The notes under the pieces were generated by a model. It saw only the letters and a program-made list of their open reading frames with translations, ran no database searches and was not told the origin of the DNA. DNA of 64,000 nucleotides, from positions 310,001 through 374,000 of the forward strand of contig DF236965.1 of the NCBI GenBank assembly GCA_000708835.1, written 5' to 3'. The translations under genes and the position numbers were made by a program. Below are positions 47,101-59,444 of this stretch, in pieces. This stretch comes from Klebsormidium nitens (Eukaryota; Plantae; Klebsormidiophyceae). Positions within the stretch are counted from its first letter, which is position 1. Each line of letters begins with the position of its first letter.

Positions 47101-50100
47101 GGTCTTCTCAAATGCGTAATTGCTTCCCGCTTCGTGGCGAGGGTTCTCATCCTCAGACATGCACTCGTCTTCATTTTCATCTTGACCACCCCGCCACTCC
47201 AAGACCCGTCCCCGATCTTCCTCGTCTTGAGTTAAGTACCCGTCGCTGAGGCCTTGTACACTCATGCAGTCCGCATCCTCCCCCTGCTCTTTGCTGCCCC
47301 TACTGGCTTCAACAGGGCCTCCCCGTTCCTTCTCTTCCCTATCCAAACGCCGACCCGAAGCCTCAGACGCCAAACCCGTAGCCAAACCCGCCACAAACCT
47401 TCTTTCCACGCCTGTCATCGAATCGGGCTTACAAGTGGATGGCAAATCGGGCTCCGGCCCTGATTCCGGGCACTCTCCATCCCTCCCCCTCTCTTCTTCC
47501 TTGCCTCCCCGTTTGGCATTTCCCGCATGAGGCCTCCTATCACCTCTCGTCTTCCGCAGCGTTTCCGGCAACGGGCAATGGCGCGCGAGCAGCCTGCCCA
47601 GGTCGAGCTTTTTCACAAGGACGAGCAGGTCGCGGAAAAGAGGCAACACCGCTTGGAGTTGACGGGGCGCCCGCCTGCAGGGCGACGATCCAGGTGGTTT
47701 CAGCCGTAGTGTAAGTACAGCAACCAAATGCATTCGCTTACCCTTTCAAGCGGGGGAAAACGTTGTCGATCATTTCGATATATTATCTTTCTGCTCACGG
47801 CATTTGGACCATCTGCCTTTGCTTGAGGGGCGCTTTTGGAGAGAAGCTAATGGATCACTCAGTCCTAAACGTTTGCGACACCGACAGTTCTTAGAGCTCT
47901 GTCAGTTGGCCCCATATGACAGGACGCGTGTTGCTCCGGAAGATCATACACGGCAATGTAACCTTCAATGAAAGTATCAGAGCTTCCCAGAAAAGAATCG
48001 TTCCAGCTCTTACAGAATCTAGATGACTGGCTGAAGCGCAAGTCCTCAAGAAATGACAGTAAGAGATCCAAACGGACGTCTAAACAGAGTAGAACAGAGC
48101 AAACTTCCACTGACCATTCTTTCGCCTCCGTGTTGGCCGCCCCCGTTGCTGTTTCCGGCCGGACAGACCCAAAGGCTGCTTGGAAGCTTGTTCGTGGTTT
48201 GGGCTGTGCAATCATTGGCGCAGCTGATGCGGGCTCGAAAACGTGCCACACGAGAGCCTTTGCAGCCGCACCGTCGGTCCCCAGAGAAGAGAGGATGTCT
48301 GTAACATGGGCGGAATCAAGGAATCATCCGGAAACTGACGGAATAGACAAGAAGCCTCCGCTGACGGATGTTGAGGCAGACGGAGCAAAGCAGTGGGTAG
48401 AGCTCCGGGCAAGTGTCCGACATCGAGGAGGAAGCGTTATGCCTGGTACTTGTCGCCAGAATACCGTCCCAGCATGAGAGTGACGACCTCAGAACCATGA
48501 TTTCGAACAGATTGGCAGACACACCGGAGCAAGATCAAGATCCCAAACACCGAAACGTTAGCATAAAGAGCAACAATACAAGCTGAACGATATTGTTGAT
48601 CAACGTTGACGTAGCGGCAGGATACGTGACGTGGGCAGTCCCGCCTTTCGCCCGTGGCTGGCGTTGTAGAACATGGCGGCTCGAGGAAGAAGCCTTGGTC
48701 CACTCTTCGCAGCCCTCACCGTCGGCGACCCCTTGGCTGGCGCCGCGGGCCTCTGGGTCGCCGCCCCTGGCTTTGAAGACCTTGCTTCCGAGCGACGAGG
48801 CAACATGGGCTCTGTCTGATCCAGCGGACGCTTTTTGAGATCTGATCGGAAGGGATCCCTTTCTTCTGCCCTGGTACCGATACGGCCCCCAGGACCAAAC
48901 CTTCGGACCGAGGCCGTTTCGCAACTGTTTGGCAGACAGTTCGATTGGTCAGCACGCCGGAACCTTTCCACCTCATGTACACCCGGCGTCTTCCTCCGGC
49001 TGACCGCGACCGAGGCGCCCTTCCCCTGGATCACCACCCGGTGACTCTTCTTCCAAGCGCCCGCCAAAGCGGGCTCCTGCGTGACCGGCTCTTCTTCCAA
49101 ACCCTCCAAACCCTCCAGGGACGCGCGCTCGCTCGTCGCATCGCGCTCTGCCGCAGCTCTTCTCCGCCTCTTCCGCTGCCAGCTGCTCTCCCTGACCCGC
49201 TTTCGTTTCCCTGCGTCGGGGGCCGTCCCCTCCGAAGGGCGTTCCTCCGGCTCTCGACCAGACTCCTCTTGCGTCAGAGGGCCAAAGTCCTTGTCCGAAG
49301 GTTCCGCTGGACTTGCACAATCCATGTCGGCCCGACTTCCACCAAATTCCCTTCTTGACAGCCCAGGGGACACTCTAACGTGAATAGGCTCCAAGCAGGG
49401 CGTCAGATCTTCCGGTCGCCCTTCTGCGACCGGTTCGCCCAGACGCTCCCCCCGTTTTCTCAGGCCTGCGGCCCCCTTGTCACACTTGTTCCTCATGACG
49501 TCTTCCAGTCCCCCCCCAGGTCCTCTTGCGCCTCCTGACGCCCCCCGCAATCTCTCAAGTGCGGCTTTCTGGCCTATACTCCCCTGGGCCTCAAAGCGGG
49601 CCACGTGGCAAGGATTCTGCCCCTCCGCCCCTCCCCGCATCCGTCTCACCACCGGCTCCTGGCTTAAGGGGCCCTCGCTGACGTCCTCGGACTCGCTTAA
49701 GTGCGTCAACGCTGGGTGGCTTTGACCGTCCAGAACCGACGCTTTCTCTTCATCATTTCTGAATTTCCCCGATTTTTGCTTCCTGTCAGGTCTCTCAGCT
49801 ACTTCGTGACTGACCGCTCGACCTCCACAAAACGAAATCGTTTCCCGCAAACTCCGCTTGGACCCCGCCTTCGCCCGTTGTTTTGCGGCCCTCGCACAGC
49901 CATCCTCTCTGCGCTCGTTTCCTCCCTTTGGTTGCGTCGGCCTCCTCCGTTTGCCATCGACAAACCGCACGTGTGCTGATCCCTCTGGCCCACAACTCGA
50001 ATCCGCCACCCGAGCACTCTTCCGCTTTCTGCTGACGTTTGCAGGCTGAGGGGGATCCCTTTGCAGTGGGGCCGACGGCTGGAGGCGCTTCTTCCATACA

Positions 50101-53100
50101 AGGTCGGTGATAGGCCGTCCGCAGACTTGAAGCAGGCAGCCGTTGGGTAGAGGGACGAAGATGGAACTGTTGCGCAGGAGGTGGAGCATGGTAGGGGCGC
50201 CAATCTGTACGATGTGAAGTGACGTTCAAAAAGAATGACGCGTGCTCGTTACTTGAGCACGTGTTGCTGCCTGTGCGTTTCGATGGTGGTCCTCGAGAAA
50301 TCAAGGCGGGTCTCAGTCTCCATCGGAGTCTCCCTAGGATCTACTTTTAGGTTCACTTATTGGTTTCAGACGTTCGATTCTTATTTGCAAGCCGACATCA
50401 AGAGTACCAGGATGAATTCGCGACCAACTGTATGAAAGTTTCACAAACTCAGGTGCAAAATTGGTCACTTATGAGCGACTTTTGTCAAGCGACACGCACT
50501 TCGGTGTCCATCTTCTGGCAGCAATTGCGCCTGGACGAGTGGCAAACTCCGAGTGGCTTCCATTTTTTGACATGAGATCAACGGAGAAATTTATGTTAGT
50601 CGAAGACACTGCCAGCATACAATCTACAGGATGTTAAGAGCTGAACATGGCGTGTCGTATTCAAGCAAAGTTAATCGGATCCTGAAAAAACGCGGTCAGG
50701 GAGTACGTCAGATTGTTTCAAGGAGCATAGCCTGGCCTCTGAACCCATTACAGCAATCGTCGAAGAAAAAGCAGCCGTAACACGACTGTCCTCAAGCAGA
50801 ACCTTTCCACTTTTTTGACACAGGGCATAGATTGAGGTTCAAAGGTACTCACCCGGCTCAAGAGCAGCTCCCAGGGGGGTGACGTCACCGCAGCAAAGGC
50901 GCTGCTCAGGCCGAGGCACTCAACGCCGCTGGTGTTCGGGAGGGGTTGTCCTTGTCTTCTCACATGAGCGCCGGCCTGTAGCAGATTGTTTTGTCAAATT
51001 GACATATCTCTTCGTTGATGAATTTCTTCGTCTCTACGATAAAAGCCAGGAATCTTTCTCTTGTACGGCAAAGTAAGCAGAATCTACTGGAGAGTCTGAA
51101 TTGGCTTTGTCAGACCTGACTAGGCTACTGACATGGCTCGTGTGCAACTTGGAGGAGATTGATGAGATTCGGGAGTGGAAGCTTCTCGTCTCCAAAGCTT
51201 GCCAACACGTTTCCAACGGTTTTCGTTCTTAGACCGGACATTGGGGATGGATAGTCGGGGTGATGTAGCCCTGGTGGATTGGAGATTGGAGAATGGAGAT
51301 TGGCTGCCTCAACAAGCTCAACAGGGCTGAAGACATGAAGGGCGCATTCAAGATTATAACAAAACCACCAGCCTTTTCCCTGGCCGAATTATATCTCTAA
51401 GCCAAAGCCTGCAATTCAACACTAAGGTCAGGCGTCAACCACGAAAGGACCTCTACAGAACAAACGGCAGATTCGCGCATTCAGGAATACTTATCCAAGG
51501 CATCCTCTGTCTGAACGTCACATGGTGGCGGACGAAGCGGCTTACCCTCTGATGCCCCTGACAAAGGAGATCGCTGGGCCGGCCGCCTTTCTGGAAATGC
51601 AGCTCAATGGCCCGGTTGACCAGCTGGGGTCAGAAGGAAAGGGGGGAGCGTGTCAGAAAGTCCATCATTCTCCTGGTTCTGGTTCTGCTACCTTATCTCA
51701 ACGGCTTTTGCTACGTCTACATTTGACGTGACTCAAAAAGCGCTCTCTAATCAGTCAATCATGCAACCAGACTAGAAATTGCTGAGCAAGCTTTGCAGGC
51801 CTACACGTTTGGCATCATTCTCCTGTGTGTAGGAACAGTCAAGCTCAATCTACGTCCGCAAACTCCTGCTGTCCTGCTTATCCTCCTGTTAAGGCATGCG
51901 AAGTGAGATAGATTGTTGGACTACCACCCCGCAGAAATCCTCTTTCAACATATGTACCTCAGTTTGCGTCCACCCATGGTCGTCCTCCCCGCTCCGGCCC
52001 CCTCTAAACTGCGGTGCCCTTTCGTTCAACACCACAAAGGTCTCCTCCAACAAGCGCACTCTGTGGTCCTCAGGATCAGTCTCAAGTACCAAGCCGCGAC
52101 TCTTTGGACCAGCTCTACAGTGGACAGAACCGGTGGTTGTTTCAGAATTTGGCTTCTGAATGTTGCTCCTTTCATGCTCGTTAGGATTCTTGCTCTCTCT
52201 ACCCTTCTGTCCGGTTCCTGCTCTTGGAATGCGAGGCCCACATTCGCAGCCATTCACCTCTCCTGCTACTGAGTCCAGATGAGCCCCGCCATGCTGGGGG
52301 GAAAGTGACGCCAAGCACCCCCCAGCACTTGCATTTTGAGCGCCACACTCAATGCTGGCTCTCCCTATGATGATGCCCAGAAGTCCGCCAAGACTGTGCA
52401 CGTTGCTGTAGATGTGCCTGAGGATCTTGGGGCATGTTAGATTGTTGGCTGCCAGAGGAGCACTCGCCTGTGAAGAAAGCTTCATTGCTTATTGAAGCTT
52501 GTCCAATGCATCTTTTGGTCAGAAGAAGAGCTGTTTACAATGAAATGTGCGAATGAGGATACTCTAGCCAGGCGTGCAGCTCAGATTTTAAAGGTTGATC
52601 ACTGTCTTTTGCAATGAGCTCCCCTTCAGACCTTTCTTGTTGAAGGCCAGCTTTTCCAGCAGCTGAAAGCCACAATGCAGGCTGTCGCAGAGCGCGTGCT
52701 GTGGCTCAGAAACCAGGTCGGATGTCAGTAGACCGACAATGTAGCTTCATGCAGATCGGGAGAGTCGAATTGGCACCTTTTGCCATTAGTTGGTTGGTTG
52801 AAATCAGCGTCGTATGCAGAGATTCGGACTGCTATGCCAGGCTTCGCTTGACGGTCCTTTCTGCGGTGCCGTTCCGTAGTTGTCGTTTCGTGCTCGAAAC
52901 AAGGTCTGAGCAGTTAGCGGTTGGAAGAACGGCATTGACGTTGTGCACGTTTAACCTACTCAATATGGTACTTTCGGAGCCAATTTACGACATTCACAGA
53001 AAAGGAGTTTGCTCGAAAAGTGCTGCACATGCAGCTATCGTGGACATTGAGGAAAGCTAGGTAGGTTGCAGATCTGCCAAATCTGCTCATAGCCAATAGA

Positions 53101-53225
53101 AGGGGCCCTCTTCCACTCCTCGAGGAGGAGCCTGCCTGCATTGCTGGCTAGCGTAGTCATGTACTCACCTTAGAGGCAAATCTGCTCGTGGGACCGGCGT
53201 CTCTACGATGGCAAGGTTTGAGCAT
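41172..53225 (-). CDS. TERT: Telomerase reverse transcriptase, ~2,300 aa, about 12 exons; first exon 53225-53169 tentative (alternative start 52485)
   Basis: TEN: PKILRHIY...RLLEETFVVL, PWELLLSR|IGAPTMLHLLRNSSIFVPLPNGCLLQVCGRP. CP: LGRLLARHCPLP. QFP: HCHVAAFVWTALRKAVPGALLG. T motif: FYVTESEPHKQKVFYYRKPLW. Motifs 1/2: MRLLPKANGMRPI. A: GCDIAAAYDTIPQ. B': GIAQGSILSTLFC. C: LLMRWVDDSLFLS. E: RWCGLLL. C-terminus VLWLGLRAFRRVLSRKQ...FDQILY*. Confidence 0.93.
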
Positions 53226-56200
53226 CTTGCCGTCTTTGTGACAGCATTGCTTGGATTGCTGCAAGTGCAGCAGGTAGCGGCAGGCGCATGGAAGGACAGC
53301 ATGCTGCATCCAGTCATCATCTTTCCAGGATTCTCGTATTCCAGACTGCGAATCACAGTAAGCAACCTGTATACTATGCTTCTTGGGGCCCAAAGCAACC
53401 AGTTCACTTGAAATAAGGCCAATGCCGCCGGAGTAGTTTTCACCTTTCTGATCCCAATTGATTACATGCTGTTTGCAATCCTCCTCAATTGCATCTGCTT
53501 TCAATGTTCACTCTTGGCTTAGAAAGTATTGCGCCCGCTCTTCTGTATGTTCAACTTACAATACATGCAGAGTGTTTGCTGTCGCTGTTTAGATCCTCGC
53601 GCCACAGCCTGTGTGAGTGTGAAACACCACCAGCTTGGGCCCACAAGAATCTGCATCTTTCAACAATCCTTCAAATTAAGATCATTCTAGAGTAAAGAGG
53701 CACTTTGGAATGCATGTGCGCCAGAGCACTTTGAAGCAGCTTCGTCATCACCATGGCGTCTCCTCTGATAATTGTCAAGCTCAAGTGGCGCCCCTCTAAC
53801 CTTGTCAAGCTCAAGGCGCCTGAGCAATACTCTGAAAGGCAATTCCAGAGTTCAGATCCTGAAAGACTGACCACAAAAGTTTTTTACGGACAGGCCGATG
53901 CACAGTCCGCGGCTGGTTTCTTGAAATCTGCCGTTTGGTTTGTATGAAATCGGTTTACGAGATTTTAGGATCCGTGACTTTTCTGATCTTGGTTGTAACC
54001 TACAGATAAGCAGGTTCTCTTGGCTTCTAGTCCTGGAATGCTATAGTGGTTTTCTTGTAGTCTGAGAACTTCTTGGTTCCTTTCGTTTACTGCATTCTGT
54101 GCTTTGTTGCTGCTTCTCAACAAGAAGCAATACTTTGCAGTGTAGCAGTACCTTCCACCCGTCAGCAATTCAGTCAGGATGTATCATGGTACTCAGCTGA
54201 GATCTGCTGTTTAAACGGTTCTGGAAACCTCCTAAGAATTCTGAAAACCTCCTAAGAGTTGTTAGTCACAGCTGACTTGATCAGTTTTTGGGTGAGTGCC
54301 TAACGATCCTGATCACCTCAGCCTACTCAGCGCATACTTTGAGACTAGGTTAGTTACTTAAGGTTCGTCAGCTAGACCGAATAGCCATCAGAGGCACTCA
54401 TCAGTGATTTTCAAGTTTCAAAGACTGGTCCCTTCATCAGTGCAGCACTGCTATTTTCATGAGCAGCCCTGGTCGTGAACATCACAAAAACCTCTCATTC
54501 CATTCTGATGTTCTTTCAAAATAACCTGCTAGATCAAGACGCTTGTCCTCCTAGGTGAACGCCACGTTTGCTGCCCCTGACATCCCCGATTGCCGTGCTT
54601 CCACTCCCACCACCTTCGACTTCTTCTACGGCTTCGATCCCGCAACAATCCCGTTCAGTGAGGAGTGCATCTTCCGCATGCTGGAGCCTATTTACACCAA
54701 CTCGTCTGGGGCACTATCCAATCGTTTCAGCCCCCAGCCTGGAGTCCAGGTAGAGTTTAGACTCCTGCTTCTTCAACCCTTTTTTGAGTCGTATTCGTCC
54801 ATCTTAGTTTCCACCCGGTTAGAGTCAAGTAGATTCTGCTCGAAGTCGAGGTTCTGTATCCCAGTTCTTGAGGCAGAAACACCAAAAGCATAGCCTGGCA
54901 TTACTCTCTGAATTTGACCAATGCACGAGTCAGTGTACAGAACCGTGTCTGAGGGGCGTCCAAGGACAGAGTCGTTTAGAAATCTGGAGCCCTTACTGAA
55001 TTTGTCTCCTCTCTGTCCCCGACGTACAATCCGGCTTTGATATCGTGCTAGCCTGAAAGCGGGGAGAGCGGGGTGTTTAAAGTTCAAGTCACAAAGACAG
55101 AGTCGGGCAGGCAAACACTTTTTCCTGTTGCCTGTGAGGTCATCGGGCAGGCTCGAGGGGTACGACGACTTCACTGCCAACCTGCTATAAACCGAAAGCT
55201 TTCTTCACGGTCATCCGGTGCCAGCGCATATGTCAGAGTGCACCAATCTTCCCTTACCAACCGTGGCAATCAAACTAAATCGCCCTTTCAAATTCGCCGC
55301 TTGTGTCCTTGCTTTTCAAACACGTGTGCTTCGTCCGACAGGTTTCGCTTCCTTATCACGGCACCACCCTCTGCCTCGGCGCGCTCCCCAATGGCACCAC
55401 CGAGTGGGACTCTCTCATTTCTCAGTTCAAAGCACGGGGCCTTCGGGACGGGGAAACCCTGCGAGTTGCGTGCTATGACTGGCGCGCTTCGCCAAATGTG
55501 GACCTGATTCCCGACCAGCCCCTCATTCCTCTGGTCAAGAGCATGATTGAGGACGCATACGAGAAGCAGAACGGGACGCGTGTGTTTCTGATTGGCCACT
55601 CGAACGGGCCCGTCTATGCACAGCACTTCCTCAACCAGATGGACACCGCATGGAAGGAGAAGTACGTTCAGGGGCTGATCGCGTATGCAGGTAAGCCGAT
55701 TGAGTCTGAACGGGCCGACTTTGCCTCATTAACTCTTTAACACAGGAGAGTCCCTTCTTTGAACCAGCGACCAAGCACCACTTATTTTCGTGTACTGGTC
55801 GAAGGCCACTACTTGATCTGCTGATTTCTGTGGAAACGCCAAGAGTCGTCGAACTTCCTGTGCTCGTCATGATCGAAGGTCGGTCGTGGCCGATGCTTTC
55901 TTCGCTGAAAGAGGTAAAAACGAGTACCATAATCCTTTACTCGGGTCCGTTTAAAGCCTCTCTGTGACCGTCGAATCGTTTCTGCTCACCATCACCTTCA
56001 ATTTTGAAATTATCATATTCGGAAGTCAGGTGACATCTAGTGTTCAAAGTCCGCTCAGGAAATATCATTAACCTGATCGAGCTGCCTCCGAAGTCACTTG
56101 TAGCAAATCAAGAACTACTACGCTGTTGCATGGTCCCTTTCCAGTCAACAGTTCTGTCTGTTCGTTCCCTACTGCAAAAAACTGGCCCAACCAGGGCTTC

Positions 56201-57654
56201 TTCTAGTAGCAAACGTTCCAAGCCGGATTGAGCTGCCTTCAGAAGATTTCTTTCAAGTCATGGACAGGCAATCTGTTGCCTTATTTCCATTCTCAGCGAG
56301 AAAAGCAATTCTTTTCGCTCGATCCTGATGCAAAGAAGTTGCCCGGTCAAGGCGGCTTCTACTAGCAGACGTTCCAAGCCGAGTTGAGCTGCCTTGAGCA
56401 CATCGTCTCAATTTTCCCGTATTGATATATTCAAGCATTCAGTTCGTGCCGTTCTGTCGCAGGAAACTGGCCCGGTCAAGGCTACTTCTACTCCTACTTC
56501 CTGGCCGGCCTGACGATCCAGCCCGAGTATATGGGGCTCAACCCGGCCACCGCCCGGTCCATGGCGACCTTCCCCAGCACGTACTCGTTTGCTGCCAACC
56601 CGGCAATCTTCACGGACGAGAACGACATCGAGATCGTACGGACGTCCGTGAGGAGCTACCGGGTGTCCGACGCCAAGCAGCTGCTGATCGACGCAGGTGA
56701 GCAATGAGCTTTCATGCAGTTGCCAGGCCGTTAAGTGTTACTCTGCAGGTCGTAAGCAGGAGTTGTTGCATTCCGAAACATTTAGAAGTATCCTAAAGGC
56801 TAGCAGAAAGTAGTGTGAGCCTCCGAAAAGCACGCACGAGGACTTCGACGCTGCACCGCTGAGTGGTGTCTCCTGGGGGACTTGTTCGACCCAAACACGG
56901 TTGCTACTTTCGTTGTCAGATGAGGAGGTCGAGGAAGAAACAGAGTGAGGTTGCAGATTTTGAGACCGGACAAAAGATCCTGCAGGGATGGACAGAGTCC
57001 GGATCCGAACTTTCTCCGTCGATTTTCAGAACGAAAATGATGACTCTCAGGAACGGACTCGCTGACGCAGAATCCTTCGATAGACCGGAAAAGCGGCCGC
57101 CAGTAGACAAACGTAGAAAGGCCCACTAAACATGCTACGGCCCCGTCGGCATAATGATTCTCCCCTTTTCCGAACTTTCACGGCGTGACAACACGTTGAA
57201 ACTTGATTACTGATCTGCTCGCTCGTCCCCAAGCGCAGGTTACGGTACGAAGGAGCTCGAGTTTTACGACCTGTTCAACGGTGCCGTCACCCCAAATGAA
57301 TGGCCAGGCGTGAACGTGCATGAATTCTTTGGTACGAACCTGAAAACCGAAGTAGGCACAGTGTATTCCGTCCCCGCGAGCATTGGGCTAGAGTCGAGTG
57401 GAAGCCTGACCCGTTTGGGTGACATGAATCAGGAAGATATTGTGAATGATTCGACATTAGAGTTGTGGCAAAAAGCAGCCGCGAAGGCAGAGAACTGTAG
57501 GTTTTCAGCAACCGAGCTAGACCGTGTGAACCATTTCCAGTACTTGAGCCAACGGACAGTGATAGGGATTACGGTCAGGCTGATGACAGTCAAGCGGGAC
57601 GTCGAGTCTGTTTGTGAACCCGGGGACGACTTCAATGCTTTGCTAGATCAATAG
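53208..57654 (+). CDS. LCAT / phospholipase A2 group XV-like acyltransferase, secreted (5 exons: 53208-~53357, ~54555-54750, ~55342-55690, ~56462-56697, ~57239-57654)
   Basis: Signal peptide, HPVIIFPGFSYSRL, LRVACYDWR, VFLIGHSNG (nucleophile elbow), KEKYVQGLIAYAG|NWPG, and candidate catalytic Asp (LGDMNQ) and His (RVNHF). Confidence 0.85.
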
Positions 57655-58529
57655 CATCTCAGGCTTCAATATGAGCTTCTCTGCGATGCTAGGCTAAATC
57701 TTGATTGATTGCAGTTGGTCTGTTGTACGACTCAATTGGTTATGTTGCATGCAAATCGATCGAAGCTGCATGAGGCATGTGCTCGTATGATGTATCTGCG
57801 CACGAAAATGGCTCACTTTGGACGATCAGTCGCCTCCATATGAAAGCACCGGAGGCACATGACCAAGAGCACGAGTGTCGACGTACCCGGCTGCCAAGAG
57901 GCTGGGACGCATGACAATTTGAACGTGCGCGAGGATCAAATTGTTCAATACCGTATAGTAATTGCACATATCCCAGCCTCGTTGCTGAGTCCGATATACA
58001 TCGGAGGGCCAATTGCTGCATGTTTGAGTTCAAGAATTCTAAGATTCCGTTCAACACCTTCTAACATGATCATAAGTCTTTCCTGGGGTAACACAGCAAA
58101 CGGCCACATCAGGTACAACAATCGAGTTACGGATGCAGCACCTCTCAGAAGGTCACCGGATGAGCTCGTTTCAATAGAGCGGAGCCTTTCATAGGAAGCC
58201 GCTGTCGACCCGTAAGTTTCAAGGCAAGGCTTTTGACGTTCACTCAAGAGCTGCAAACGCCTGTTTTATAGCCAGCATGATATGTTCAGCGAGTTTTGGG
58301 GGACTGAGTGCCCCTGCAATCTGGCAGTATCCTGCAAATCTGAAACCTTGTCATCTGGGTCGAAAGGTCTGCATTGCTGCATATCTCGTTCCGTCATCAT
58401 CCTGGACTTCGTGTCATTAGTATGAACCACCAAGGCCGAGGAAGCCGCTAACATGAGGGAACTATTTTGGCGGCGCCCAGTGGGACTTTTTGAGGGCGCA
58501 GCGAGACAATATAATGGATACATGAGGGA

Positions 58530-59050
58530 TGAATGATTCCAATACCCTCCTTGATTGTGCTGCTTTCTCGTGGGCATCCTACTGCAAACCCGGCCACTTC
58601 CATATAGAGCTCCCCAGCACGCGCTCGAAGCGCATCGAAGCCTACAACATAACCATCGGATGGTGTGCTTACGGCAACAAGGGGTAAAGAAACGGTCATG
58701 GCATTCCGCGGAACCGCTGACTTGCGAGGTGTAAGAAGGGACGTTCAAATCTAGCGTGAGAAACCCAATCAAAAGGTAGGTTGCGTCAATGCATATGGTG
58801 TGTATGTCCATGACGACTTTGCAGACGCGTTCGTAAGGGTCTACGACGTGTGCATGGAGGCAGTATCGCGGGCATTCAGAGAAACAAAGATGATGTTGAT
58901 CACGACCGGACATGCTTTGGGCGGAGCACTAGCCAGCATGTGCGCATTGTGTGCAGCATCCAAGCACCCAAGAGGGACGTGACGTGTATCACATTTGGTG
59001 CGCCTGGGGTACCATATCTTCCCTCATGAGAGCATGCAATAATGCCAGAC
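58530..59050 (+). pseudogene. Class-3 lipase pseudogene
   Basis: Fragments CAAFSWASYC, ETVMAFRGT, VHDDFADAF, LITTGHALGGALA (GHSLGG with Ser replaced by Ala) and TFGAPGV lie in shifting frames with in-frame stops. Confidence 0.7.
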
Positions 59051-59444
59051 CTGGAAGGGGCGCTTGGAGTCAAGAGCCTCCGAGTCAAGATCCATGAGAA
59101 GGGCAAAGATGTGAAGTTGCGCTCGCTCTGCAACGGGATTATCAAATGTCCGTAACCTTGATAACGAGGTTGCGGTTGGATGATTTGTACGTTAGACTAT
59201 GACCTGAAGCTACTGGACAAAGTCTGCTCTATGAGCGAGGCTGGAAAACCCGAGTATTTGTAGCACATTAGGATTAGAGAACGACAGAATCTTGAGGCGC
59301 CAGTTGAAGGATGAGGCCCAAAGCTTCTAAACGTCTTCGTCCAAGGACTGGAGGATACATAAGGCGGTCTCCTTGTGGGTTTGTCTGTCTGCTCCTTTTA
59401 CTCTTGCATTCTTACACTAGCTGCATCCTAGCTTTGCTCCACCT

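Noticed and set aside
58266-58913. 215-aa minus-strand ORF
   Set aside because: Antisense to the lipase relic with no recognisable features.
53208-59050. Lipid-metabolism gene cluster (LCAT, lipase, with 4CL-like nearby)
   Set aside because: The lipase is dead, TERT separates 4CL-like from the others, and there is no evidence of co-regulation.
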